This document shows positions 9,978 to 18,942 of a stretch of DNA of 64,000 nt, piece after piece (the first letter of the stretch is position 1; the number at the start of each line of letters is the position of its first letter). The stretch is taken from the NCBI GenBank assembly GCA_965242965.1, contig OZ251518.1, positions 2,400,001 through 2,464,000 of the forward strand. Reading direction: 5' to 3'. This DNA comes from Candidatus Poribacteria bacterium (GTDB lineage: Bacteria > Poribacteria > WGA-4E > WGA-3G). Both the position numbers and the translations under genes were made by a program. Under the pieces are notes generated by a model that made no database searches, was not told the origin of the DNA, and saw only the letters and a list, made by a program, of their open reading frames with translations.

Positions 9978-10410
9978 GATAACCACCGAAGTTATCACCG
10001 GCACCGAAGTTCGCGTAGCAGTAGAGGGACCGGATGCCGGCGCAGTCGTGGTATTTCTCGGCACGGTGCGGAATAACACCGATGGCAGACCGGTGACTCG
10101 GCTTGAATACGAGGCTTACCCACCGATGGCGGAGAAGAAGATGGCGGAGATCGCGCAAGAAATCGCGCAAAAATGGGGCGATACTCTCCGCACCGCTATG
10201 GTGCATCGCATCGGGAAACTGGAAATCGGCGAGGTGAGCGTCGCCGTCGCCATCGCCTCGCCGCACCGAAAAGATGGGTTTGAAGCATGCCAATACGCCA
10301 TGAATCGCCTCAAGCAGATTGTGCCTATCTGGAAACGCGAAGTCTGGGCTGATGGCGAGGCGGAATGGGTGAAACCGGACGCGGTGTTTTTTGATGGGCG
10401 GCCGGCATGA
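9970..10410 (+). CDS. moaE: molybdopterin synthase catalytic subunit
   Basis: GAVVVFLGTVR, LEYEAY, HRIG, SPHR, LKQIVPIWKRE. Confidence 0.95.
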   Translation: MFKITTEVITGTEVRVAVEGPDAGAVVVFLGTVRNNTDGRPVTRLEYEAYPPMAEKKMAEIAQEIAQKWGDTLRTAMVHRIGKLEIGEVSVAVAIASPHRKDGFEACQYAMNRLKQIVPIWKREVWADGEAEWVKPDAVFFDGRPA

Positions 10411-10434
10411 ACGGCAGCTGTCCCAGCGATAGCA

Positions 10435-11559
10435 TTACACGCAAAACCTGTCAACAAATCGGCTGAAAATGGAAACGCCTTTGTCAAACTGGTCCAACGC
10501 CATCCACTCATCAACGGTGTGCGCTTGTAGAATGCTCCCCGGCCCGATGATGACGATTTCCATGTGTTGCGCGAAGGCGGTTGCATCCGTGCCGTAGGCG
10601 ACGGTGCGCGGTTCTGTCTCACCGGTAATCTCAAGGGCGGCTTGGATAATCTCGGCATCGGGCTCGGTGCGCACCGGCGGTCCTTCGATTAACATAGCGA
10701 AATCTAATCCGTGTTTTTCTGCGGACTCGCGCGCCTTGCCTATCCACGCTTGCGTATCGTGTCCCGGCATCGGCCGGTAGTTGATATTGCACACACTGCG
10801 CGGCGCAGTGATGTTCGCCGCACACTCGCCATCGCTGAGCGTGATATTCCAATCCGTAAACGGCGGCGAGAATTCGGCGTTGAAATACCGCGTATCGGTA
10901 GTCAACTCGTCATGAATCTCACGCATTTCGGCGAGGAACGGAATCATCTTGAGGTTGGCGTTAACACCCTTGCCGGTACTACTGTGCGCGGCGTATCCGT
11001 GCGCCGTGACGGTAAACCGGCAGACACCTTTGTGCCCATACACGGCGTGCAACTCTGTCGGTTCGCCGACAATGCCGTAGCGTGGAAACCCATGCCGTTT
11101 GAACATCTCCGATTTTTCGACAACAGCCGTCGCGCCGAGGTAGCCGACTTCTTCATCGGCGGTGATGACGACATACAACGGCGCGGCGAGTTCTGATGCA
11201 GTGTATCGGGACGCGACTTCTATCATACAGGCGACGCTCCCTTTCATATCGCAGCTGCCGCGCCCATACATCTTGCCATCAATAACCCGTGCCTCAAACG
11301 GATTTTCTGACCAGGCGATGGCAGGCACCGTGTCAATATGCCCTAGCAGTGCTAGCCCGCGTTCGTCTGTGTTCGTTCGTCCCTTGCGCCCAATCAGATT
11401 CACCTTCGGCACGCCGCCCGGGTCGGTGTATTCCACCCGTTCCACTTCGCAATCGATGGATTCAAGCGTTTCAGTGAGGTAGTCCATCACTTCAACGTTG
11501 CTCCGCGTGCTGACTGTATTGTAACTAATGAGGGTTTTGGTCAGTTCTTTTGCATCCAT
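10435..11559 (-). CDS. argE: M20 family metallo-hydrolase, acetylornithine deacetylase-like
   Basis: GHIDTVP, YGRGSCDMKG, DEEVG, GEPT, AHSS, GTDA, QAHTVDE; start placed at MDAKEL. Confidence 0.8.
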   Translation of the reverse strand: MDAKELTKTLISYNTVSTRSNVEVMDYLTETLESIDCEVERVEYTDPGGVPKVNLIGRKGRTNTDERGLALLGHIDTVPAIAWSENPFEARVIDGKMYGRGSCDMKGSVACMIEVASRYTASELAAPLYVVITADEEVGYLGATAVVEKSEMFKRHGFPRYGIVGEPTELHAVYGHKGVCRFTVTAHGYAAHSSTGKGVNANLKMIPFLAEMREIHDELTTDTRYFNAEFSPPFTDWNITLSDGECAANITAPRSVCNINYRPMPGHDTQAWIGKARESAEKHGLDFAMLIEGPPVRTEPDAEIIQAALEITGETEPRTVAYGTDATAFAQHMEIVIIGPGSILQAHTVDEWMALDQFDKGVSIFSRFVDRFCV

Positions 11560-11566
11560 GCAGTTT

Positions 11567-11595
11567 ATTTTACAAAAAACTGCGAATTTTGTCAA
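11567..11595 (-). promoter_or_regulatory. sigma70 promoter giving a probably leaderless argE mRNA
   Basis: On the - strand TTGACA-N17-TAAAAT-N7-ATG, with no SD. Confidence 0.65.
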
Positions 11596-11634
11596 GGATT
11601 TTTCGTCTACAGAAGTCCTGCAAAAGAAAGTGAC

Positions 11635-11663
11635 TTGACATTTGCTGCAAATGATGGTATAAT
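11635..11663 (+). promoter_or_regulatory. consensus sigma70 promoter
   Basis: TTGACA-N17-TATAAT, pointing into the adjacent repeat element. Confidence 0.75.
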
Positions 11664-11667
11664 TATT

Positions 11668-12048
11668 GTGAGTCCATAAATCGCTCAGCATCGCGGGGGA
11701 CAGGCCCCCGCGCTACGATGAAAAATGGGGAATTGTCGGTAGGAGAGACCTCCTGGTCTCGATGCTTCAGTCACTCGCAAACGAGAGCGATGCGCCTATC
11801 CTCTAGTGCAGGCGCAACGCCCCTGTAGGTCAAGATCGTCTGAAGCTCTGGCACATTTGCCAAGCGATCTTGACCCGTTCGGGAGCGGGCGCTCCCGAAC
11901 TACAGAAATGGGCTCAATGCCTTCCGGTAGGAGGGACATCCTTGTCCCGATACGCAGCACATTGAGACCAGGAGGGCACGCCTCCCCGAAGAAATCGAGA
12001 CCGGGAGGTCTCTCCTACCGGGAAGCCATCGAGATATGAAACACCCTC
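11668..12048. mobile_element. MITE-like element with REP mosaic (left TIR degenerate)
   Basis: Right TIR TATGAAACACCCTC followed by AATTATTT; AATTATT at 11661-11667 on the left. Confidence 0.65.
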
Positions 12049-12075
12049 AATTATTTTGTCATGGAGGAACTTGTC

Positions 12076-12306
12076 ATGAAAGAAATGAGTGGAAAGTGTT
12101 ATTTGCCCGGCTTCGATCCGGAGACTTACACGGACCCGGTCCTCGAAGAATGCTACCGAATCAAGCGGGAACTCAGCGCGGAACTCCGGAACGTTGAGGA
12201 CTACTATGAATACGCGGTAGCGCAAAAAGAGAAATGGGAGAAAGCAGGAGTGAAATATCTCCCTCTCCCGCCGCACTTGACCCCGATCCGTCCGGAGAAA
12301 GATTAA
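12076..12306 (+). CDS. small hypothetical protein
   Basis: GGAGG RBS before ATG 12076; non-repetitive, protein-like ORF between two repeat clusters. Confidence 0.6.
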   Translation: MKEMSGKCYLPGFDPETYTDPVLEECYRIKRELSAELRNVEDYYEYAVAQKEKWEKAGVKYLPLPPHLTPIRPEKD

Positions 12307-12696
12307 GTCTCTCCTATCGGAAGAAATCGAGACCAGGAGGTCTCTCCTACGGGGATGTGCATCAAGATTACAGAATAGGCGCAGTTTCACGTAGGGCTTG
12401 GGCCCTCGCCTGCCACACGCGCAGGCGAGCGGGTTTCCCTCGCCATGCGTTTGGCTGGCAGACCGCATCACCCCTGTAGTTCAAGATCGCCTGATCTTGA
12501 CCCGTTCAGGAGCGGGCGCTCCCGAACTACAGAAATGGGCCCGATGCATGCCGGTAGGAGGGACATCCTTGTCCCGATACGAAAAATCGAGACCGGGAGG
12601 TCTTTCCTACCCCGAAGCCATCGAGCCCCGAGGTCTCTCCTACCGGGATGTGCATCGAGACCGCGGAATAGGCGCGGTTACAAACCGCGCCTACCG
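12307..12696. repeat. REP mosaic cluster
   Basis: Modules GAGACC-N4-GGTCTCTCCTAC, GTAGGAGGGACATCCTTGTCCC, GTAGTTCAAGATCGCCTGATCTTGA, TAGGCGCGGTTACAAACCGCGCCTAC. Confidence 0.8.
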
Positions 12697-12734
12697 TCAC
12701 ATCTCTTGCAAATTGCCTGCATCAGGACTGATTC

Positions 12735-15122
12735 CTAAAAATCCACCTGATACAGAAATTTAACATTCCTGCCCGGCTCCGGCATCACCGATTTAATGCG
12801 CGAGAGATGGGCGTGATGGATGGTGTCCAAGAGGTTCTCAACTTCAAAGACTACCAAATGTTGCAATTTCCACCACGACAGGCTGAGATACCCCCCTGCA
12901 TCATAGACGAGATACCCGTCTGTCGGTTCTTCAAATTCACCGAGGCGCGTTTGGCCCGCGGAAAATCGGGTTGTGAAATGAATGTCAACATCCAGCGTTT
13001 CACGCGCGAGCAAATCGCCGCTGATGCGGAGTTTCCCGTTGAGCGGAGGCATCCGCTCTAACGGCTGTCCACTCGCAGCAATCGTGCCGTCGACGTAACT
13101 CATATCCATCTGCACATTCAGACGCGGTAAGACTTCGGCATCAAGGCGCATTTCCACGCCATCCATGATGACATCATGCCCCATGTATTGGTAAATCCAC
13201 AGCCATCCAGCTGGGCCGCTCCCCCATTCTTTTTCGCCGGTGTTTGTCGGAATGAGATACCCTTGGATCTGGTTACGGAAAAGCGCGAGATCCAGCTTGA
13301 GTCTGTCGGCGGCATACCGTGCGAACACTTCGCTGCCGTATCCGTGCTCCGCGTCAAGTTCCGCATTGCCGACTTCATAAGCATAGACAGCGAGATGCGG
13401 GCCATCGGAGAAGAGCTCCTCTATGCCGGGCGCGCGAAACGTCTTCATTAACGTCGCACCGGTGCTGAGCCTATTACTCCAGTGGTAAATCCCCGAAGCC
13501 GCGCCGGATACGCCTTGAAAATCACGCCGTTTGACAAGTCCCGCGCGGATAACTGTGCCAGGGTGAAACGGCTCCGCGCGCCTGATGTCATAACGGATAG
13601 CACCTTGCAAGGTGAACCGGTCGAAGTTTCGTTGGTTGAGATAGAACCCGGCGAGCGCGAACTCGCGGGTGTGCGGTGTCCAATAAAACCCGCCGGTGGC
13701 GTGGTCCCGATATTCTCCCCACACGCCCGCGATGGCACTGTCCATCACATAAGCCATCGCCGAGAAGTTATAGGTAAGCACGCCGAATTCCACACCGAGG
13801 GTGCCGTTTGCTTCCAACTCTTGGTGCTGATAACGGGTGTAGGCAGTCTGGAGTTTTATCTTCTTTATCCACGCGGGCGAATAAAAAGAACTCCCCTTAC
13901 CTGCTGAAGGCGCGGTATCAAAGCGGTATTCCAGTTGTCCTTCATACCGCTGCCTGTCCAACGCGATGTTCACCCCGCTGAGATGCCCCTCCGGCGAACC
14001 AGGAATACCGTAATCAGACTGGTAACTGCCCCCCGATATACCGACATTCCCCCACGGCTTCACAAACGATGCCCCGGTCAAAAAATTGAGCGTGGACAGG
14101 GACGTGTTCTTTAATGTGCCGAGGGGTGTCTGTGTATCATCGGCGATGCGTCGATTCCATTCAACCGCGCCGACAAAATCGCCGAGCGGTGCGACGAAAC
14201 CCGCGTTAGCAGTCCTCCCAGAATTGACAGATTCGCTTTGGAAGGTGAGATGCGTATCGGCGCGTTGCGGCACAAAGTCAAGGATGCTGTTGCGTTTGAC
14301 GTTGACAACCCCACCGAGGGTGCTTGAGCCATAGATGAGCGAGGCAGGGCCGCGCGTAACCTCAACGCGCTCGGCAGAAGTCGGATCGAACGCAACGGCG
14401 TGGTCTGCGCTAGAAGCCGATTTGTCGCCGGTGCGCGCACCGTTTTCAAGGATGAGCAGTCTATCGCCGCCCAACCCGCGGATGACTGGACGCGCGACCG
14501 CGCGCCCCATCGTCCGTTGCGCAACGCCGACTTCGTCCGCCAGCGTATCCGCTAATGTCATCCCCAGTTGTTTCGGGAGAGATACCTCACTCAATACCAG
14601 ATCCGTTGTTTTCTCAAATTGCGAGGTATCGCGGCGTGCACCGTAAACCTGCACCTTCTCAAGTTGAAAAGGCACTCGCTGCAACGCAATCTGGATTTCA
14701 GGCGTAGACTCCCCGACATCAACTACCTTCTCAAATGCCTGATAGTCATGCAGTGCGAACTGAAGCGTCTGTTGTTCTTCAGGCACTTTGTCAAGTTGGA
14801 ATCTGCCATCCGCGTCGGTGCGTGTCGTCATCGGCGGACCGCGCCTGCCGGGTGTGACGCTAACGGTAACCCCGGCGAGCGGCCCGCGGCTTCGTTCGTC
14901 AAGCACCTGTCCGCGAAGCGTCCACGTTTTCACCTCAATGCCTTGCGCATTCCTGACGTAGCAGAACAGACACACTATCCCCAAGCCGAGCAAAAATCGC
15001 CGCCAATGGGGCCAAGCACGAGGCCAAGCACTACGAGGCCAAGAGCCACGGTGCCAAGCGCAAGTGCATACGGAGGCGCGCCGGCAAGGCACGCCTCCAG
15101 AAAACGAAAAATAATTTCGCAT
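12735..15122 (-). CDS. TonB-dependent receptor (ZnuD-like metal uptake) with N-terminal carboxypeptidase-regulatory-like domain
   Basis: RPVIRGLGGDR plug, VTRGPASLIYGSSTLGGVVN, RAPGIEELFSDGPH, NLLD...PEPGRN, C-terminal F; exact start uncertain. Confidence 0.9.
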   Translation of the reverse strand: MRNYFSFSGGVPCRRASVCTCAWHRGSWPRSAWPRAWPHWRRFLLGLGIVCLFCYVRNAQGIEVKTWTLRGQVLDERSRGPLAGVTVSVTPGRRGPPMTTRTDADGRFQLDKVPEEQQTLQFALHDYQAFEKVVDVGESTPEIQIALQRVPFQLEKVQVYGARRDTSQFEKTTDLVLSEVSLPKQLGMTLADTLADEVGVAQRTMGRAVARPVIRGLGGDRLLILENGARTGDKSASSADHAVAFDPTSAERVEVTRGPASLIYGSSTLGGVVNVKRNSILDFVPQRADTHLTFQSESVNSGRTANAGFVAPLGDFVGAVEWNRRIADDTQTPLGTLKNTSLSTLNFLTGASFVKPWGNVGISGGSYQSDYGIPGSPEGHLSGVNIALDRQRYEGQLEYRFDTAPSAGKGSSFYSPAWIKKIKLQTAYTRYQHQELEANGTLGVEFGVLTYNFSAMAYVMDSAIAGVWGEYRDHATGGFYWTPHTREFALAGFYLNQRNFDRFTLQGAIRYDIRRAEPFHPGTVIRAGLVKRRDFQGVSGAASGIYHWSNRLSTGATLMKTFRAPGIEELFSDGPHLAVYAYEVGNAELDAEHGYGSEVFARYAADRLKLDLALFRNQIQGYLIPTNTGEKEWGSGPAGWLWIYQYMGHDVIMDGVEMRLDAEVLPRLNVQMDMSYVDGTIAASGQPLERMPPLNGKLRISGDLLARETLDVDIHFTTRFSAGQTRLGEFEEPTDGYLVYDAGGYLSLSWWKLQHLVVFEVENLLDTIHHAHLSRIKSVMPEPGRNVKFLYQVDF

Positions 15123-15134
15123 GATGTGTTCTCC

Positions 15135-15767
15135 CTATTGCACCGTTATCGGAATCGGGAGAGCGGCGGTGAAGTCCGGATGGTCTCCGTGAATAAGCTG
15201 CAGTGTGATGTGCGTCGTCCCGGCTTTCACGCCTACGACTTCAAACACCCACTTTTCTTCATCCTCTTCATGCGCGTCCTCCTCTTCTTCAGCGTGCCCA
15301 TGCTCGTCTTCCTCGTGTTCTTCTTCCTCGTGTTCTTCAACGTGAAGATGAACCTCGGCGATTGCGGTGTCGTAGCCAGTCAGCCCCAAGGCGAATTCTT
15401 CTACTTCGTCGTGGGCATGGCCATGTTCGTCCTCTTCGTGTTCCCCTTCCTCTTCAGGTTGGGGAATGAACCCCACGCCATCGGGATTGAGAAATTGGAC
15501 ATGCACGTCAATTTCCTCACCGACACCGACGGTGATACCGCCTGTCTCGGTGCCTTGGAACTGCCGGTAGATTTCCACGCCGTCCACTTCTAGGAAAAAG
15601 CCATCAGCTTCGGCGTGATAAGGCGCGTCTTCTTCGGTTGCCGGTGTGTCAATAATAGGGTTATCGTCTTCGCCGCAGCCGGCAAAAAACAGTGCGGCCG
15701 CGAAAGCGACGAACATCAGTGCAACAGAGGCGACAGGAATGTCGCGGCTCAAAAATTTCGTAAACAT
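15135..15767 (-). CDS. His/Glu-rich lipoprotein, putative metal-binding
   Basis: GGAGG RBS; lipobox FFAGC; repeated EEDEHGHA tracts; HGDHPDF. Confidence 0.8.
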   Translation of the reverse strand: MFTKFLSRDIPVASVALMFVAFAAALFFAGCGEDDNPIIDTPATEEDAPYHAEADGFFLEVDGVEIYRQFQGTETGGITVGVGEEIDVHVQFLNPDGVGFIPQPEEEGEHEEDEHGHAHDEVEEFALGLTGYDTAIAEVHLHVEEHEEEEHEEDEHGHAEEEEDAHEEDEEKWVFEVVGVKAGTTHITLQLIHGDHPDFTAALPIPITVQ

Positions 15768-15983
15768 CGTATCCTCCAAAAAGAGTCATTTTGTCTAATC
15801 CGCGCAAACATTTAGCGCGAACATTTAGAATTGTGCCAGCAGTGTTGAAGGCGCGCGAAAGTATACGGCAACGTTACGTCTAGTGCCGTTCTGCCCATTT
15901 AGGGCGACATATTACGGACGCGCCGAAAAGCCGGCGGGAGCGCAGAAACGGTGTTTTCCGCGCAAAACAGAAATGAACGTTCG

Positions 15984-16286
15984 TTAGGAGGATACGGGAG
16001 GCCCGCGAATGAGCGTGTGATATGGAAGTTTTAACGTGAGGATGACTGCCTCAGAACACGGCGGTTTCGCGTAAGAAATGGCAGGCGAAACGGGCGCGAA
16101 GGCGTAGCTTTCAACATGAACGCGATGCGCTTGGTAAAAGCACGCAGAACACTCGCTTTCCGAGCACTCGCTTTCCGAATCGACATCGTCATGGGAATGC
16201 GTCAGTGCGGTAAGACTCAGCACCGTGACATAAACACAGATGCCGAAAAATATGAGAAGATGAGTTAGAATGCTATCGTGTTTCAT
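15984..16286 (-). CDS. DUF2946-like small membrane protein with HxH, CxxC and C-terminal RGPP
   Basis: TM segment, HSHDD, CSAC, IRGPPVSS*; upstream of the lipoprotein + TonB receptor. Confidence 0.7.
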   Translation of the reverse strand: MKHDSILTHLLIFFGICVYVTVLSLTALTHSHDDVDSESECSESECSACFYQAHRVHVESYAFAPVSPAISYAKPPCSEAVILTLKLPYHTLIRGPPVSS

Positions 16287-16332
16287 TATTATTTCGCGCC
16301 AACCGAGATGAGCGACTGTCAACTTGCAAAGT

Positions 16333-16361
16333 ATTATACCACATTTTGCGGGTGATGTCAA
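16333..16361 (-). promoter_or_regulatory. sigma70 promoter of the metal-uptake operon
   Basis: - strand TTGACA-N17-TATAAT with TG extension. Confidence 0.7.
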
Positions 16362-16375
16362 ATTTTTTTTTGATG

Positions 16376-16405
16376 TTGACATTCGTTCGCATTTTCGTGT
16401 ATACT
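16376..16405 (+). promoter_or_regulatory. sigma70 promoter, divergent
   Basis: TTGACA-N18-TATACT immediately before the MITE-like element. Confidence 0.6.
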
Positions 16406-16410
16406 TAAAT

Positions 16411-16842
16411 GAGGGTGTTTCGTAAATCGCTCAGCGTCGCGGTGACAGGTCCCCGCGCTATTGCCGGTAGGAGAGACCTCCTGGTCTCGATCTTCCGTAG
16501 CGCGGGGGCCTGTCCCCCGCGTTGTCCATCGTCAAGCGGTGGTGTTTTAGGTCCTTTAGGTCCTACATGTCTATAGCAGCACGTGTCGTCCTGTTTTCAA
16601 GGTCCTTTAGGTCCTTAATAAAACACGCGCCGCATGGCAAAACCTATTAAGGACCTAAAGGACCTTAGAGTTCTTCGCGAGCACGCGTGCTATAGACATT
16701 AAGGTCCTACGGACCTAAGAACCGTTTTTTCATCGTCGTGCGGGGCAGAAATCGAGACCGGGAGGTCTCTCCTACCGGGGAAATGGAATCGCTCGGGGTA
16801 TCGCGAAACCATTTTGACAACAACGAGTTAGGAAACACTCTC
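16411..16842. mobile_element. MITE-like element with REP mosaic
   Basis: TIRs GAGGGTGTTTCGTAA / TTAGGAAACACTCTC; flanks ACTTAAAT / AATTAAAT (7/8). Confidence 0.8.
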
Positions 16843-16878
16843 AATTAAATCTAAATAACACAGAAAAGGAGAATCAGT

Positions 16879-17331
16879 ATGACTTTTGACTATCGATTCC
16901 GCCTGCGCGGATGTGGCGTGACGTTTGTCTGCATGCTTATCATGCCGGCGTTACTCCTCGGATGCAGAGCGAAGACTAGCATACCGGAAAGTGCGGAGAT
17001 GTTAACGCTGTCTGCCACCATCACTGAAATCGATGACCACGGTAACGCTGTCACCGACATACTCAGCGAGGCGTTTACCGAACGCGGGTGGCATCTCGGC
17101 GATACGCTGGAGGCAACGTTTGCAACCGCTCAGCCAATCCAATTCCAATTCGTTGAAGACTACGGTGATGTCCCGGTTGGCGAATATCTGGGCCGCTTTT
17201 CTACGTCCACGGGCCGGTTTAAGATTGCGATTAACCACGGGAGTATCGCTGAAACGTTGCAGTTAAAAAGCGCGAGTCAAGTGACGCTTCGGAAAGTAGA
17301 GCTGGCGGTTCCGGTAAAGGACGTGCCATAA
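16879..17331 (+). CDS. lipoprotein with SAM hydroxide adenosyltransferase (fluorinase/chlorinase family) C-terminal domain only
   Basis: Lipobox LLGC; IDDHGNAVTDI, YGDVPVGE, IAINHGSIAETLQL. Confidence 0.6.
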   Translation: MTFDYRFRLRGCGVTFVCMLIMPALLLGCRAKTSIPESAEMLTLSATITEIDDHGNAVTDILSEAFTERGWHLGDTLEATFATAQPIQFQFVEDYGDVPVGEYLGRFSTSTGRFKIAINHGSIAETLQLKSASQVTLRKVELAVPVKDVP

Positions 17332-18938
17332 TGGCGCAAACACAAAAAGAACCTAAAATGCTTTTCACACTGAAACAGGCAAGCGAATGGGCATCGCAAC
17401 ACCTGCGGAAAAACGTCACACCTGCAAACATCACCTATCTCATCCAATACGGACGGATTGAATCTGTGATGCAAAACGGCGTGACGTTGATTCCCAAGGA
17501 GAGCCTCGTCGGTTACTACAACGCTTACCTCAAAAGGCGAGAAGCACACTGGAAAGCGGAACTGGGCGAGGACCTGAACTGGGCATTGTCCTTTGAAGAG
17601 GTAAAGGAAGCGGAAACCACGAAGCATGTCCACCGCCTGCATCCTTACAAAGGGAAATTCATCCCGCAACTGGTAGAGTATTTTTTGGATACGCACACCG
17701 ACGAATTTAAGCGGGAGACGTATTTTCAACCGGGCGACATCGTGCTGGACCCGTTTTGTGGGAGTGGGACGACGCTCATCGAAGCGAACGAACGCGGCAT
17801 GCACGCAATTGGTGTCGATGTCTCGGCATTTAACGCTTTCATCGGAAATGCGAAGGTTGCCACCTACGATTTCGTTCAACTCTGGAATGCCAGCCGCGAA
17901 ATTACGGCGGAACTCAGACAATTCTACTCGCGCAACGGGGCCATTACGTTTGAAGAGAAACTGGCAGAAGCCCTTGCAGACTTCAACAACCAGTATTTCC
18001 CCGCTTCTTTCAAAAGCAAAGTTAGAACCGGGCAGATCGACCAGAAGCGTTACGGTGCCGAGAAAGAAGCCGAATTCTTGAAGACATATCGGCAACTCGT
18101 CGCGGATTATGACGTTGATATTCAGATGCCGACTGATTCCGCGAGTTTTATGAAATTGTGGTATCTTCCCGGTGTCCGGGCCGAGGTCGATTTCGTCCAC
18201 AGATTAATCAACAAAGTGGAAGAGCCCGGCACGCGAAGTGCCCTGATGCTTATCTTAAGTCGGACTATCCGCTCGTGCCGTGCCACGACACACGCCGATT
18301 TAGGAACATTGCGCGAACCCGTAACGACAACCTACTACTGCCGGAAACACGGCAAAATTTGTAAACCGCTATTCTCCATCTTGAGGTGGTGGGAGCGATA
18401 TAGCAAAGATAGCATCCAGCGATGGGTTGAGTTCGGTAGGTTGAGAACGGAGACGTTTCAGCACTGCTTAACCGGTGATGCGCGGACAATTAACATCATC
18501 GCGATGCTCCGGCGGGCACATCCACAGCTTGCTGAACTTGTCCAAACGCAGCGTATCAAAGGCATTTTCACGAGTCCGCCTTACGTCGGCTTGATTAACT
18601 ATCACGAACAACACGCTTACGCCTATGATCTCTTCGGGTTTAAACGGCTTGACGCATTAGAAATCGGACCGCTTTTCAGAGGCAAAGGGCGTGAGGCACG
18701 GGCATCCTACATTCACGGCGTGTCGGAAGTCTTGAAAAACTGCAAGCGATTTCTGGCGGCGGACTACGATGTCTTTGTCGTGGCCAACGATAAGTTTAAC
18801 ATGTATCCTACCATCGCGGAAGCGGCGGGAATGCGTATCGTGACGCAGTATAAGCGGCCCGTCTTAAATCGGACAGAGAAAAATCGCGGTTCGGCTTATG
18901 CCGAAACGATATTCCATCTCAAAGAGAAGAGGAATTGA
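17331..18938 (+). CDS. site-specific DNA methyltransferase (N4-C/N6-A type) with N-terminal HTH-like extension
   Basis: HRLHPYKGKFIPQLV, VLDPFCGSGTT, TSPPY. Confidence 0.9.
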   Translation: MAQTQKEPKMLFTLKQASEWASQHLRKNVTPANITYLIQYGRIESVMQNGVTLIPKESLVGYYNAYLKRREAHWKAELGEDLNWALSFEEVKEAETTKHVHRLHPYKGKFIPQLVEYFLDTHTDEFKRETYFQPGDIVLDPFCGSGTTLIEANERGMHAIGVDVSAFNAFIGNAKVATYDFVQLWNASREITAELRQFYSRNGAITFEEKLAEALADFNNQYFPASFKSKVRTGQIDQKRYGAEKEAEFLKTYRQLVADYDVDIQMPTDSASFMKLWYLPGVRAEVDFVHRLINKVEEPGTRSALMLILSRTIRSCRATTHADLGTLREPVTTTYYCRKHGKICKPLFSILRWWERYSKDSIQRWVEFGRLRTETFQHCLTGDARTINIIAMLRRAHPQLAELVQTQRIKGIFTSPPYVGLINYHEQHAYAYDLFGFKRLDALEIGPLFRGKGREARASYIHGVSEVLKNCKRFLAADYDVFVVANDKFNMYPTIAEAAGMRIVTQYKRPVLNRTEKNRGSAYAETIFHLKEKRN

Positions 18939-18942
18939 AGTG

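Noticed and set aside
10435-11691. Longer ORF-track starts (argE 11691, pyrR 27191, pyrC 27800, carA 29376, nagB 53583, paralog 24191, REase 18898)
   Set aside because: The extensions run through promoters, repeats or neighbouring genes; downstream ATGs match family N-termini
14568-15593. 341-aa + strand ORF with a hydrophobic stretch
   Set aside because: Antisense to the TonB receptor and the Glu/His-rich lipoprotein; the Phe/Leu/Val run mirrors GAA/GAG/CAC codons
17277-18200. 307-aa - strand ORF
   Set aside because: Antisense shadow of the methyltransferase
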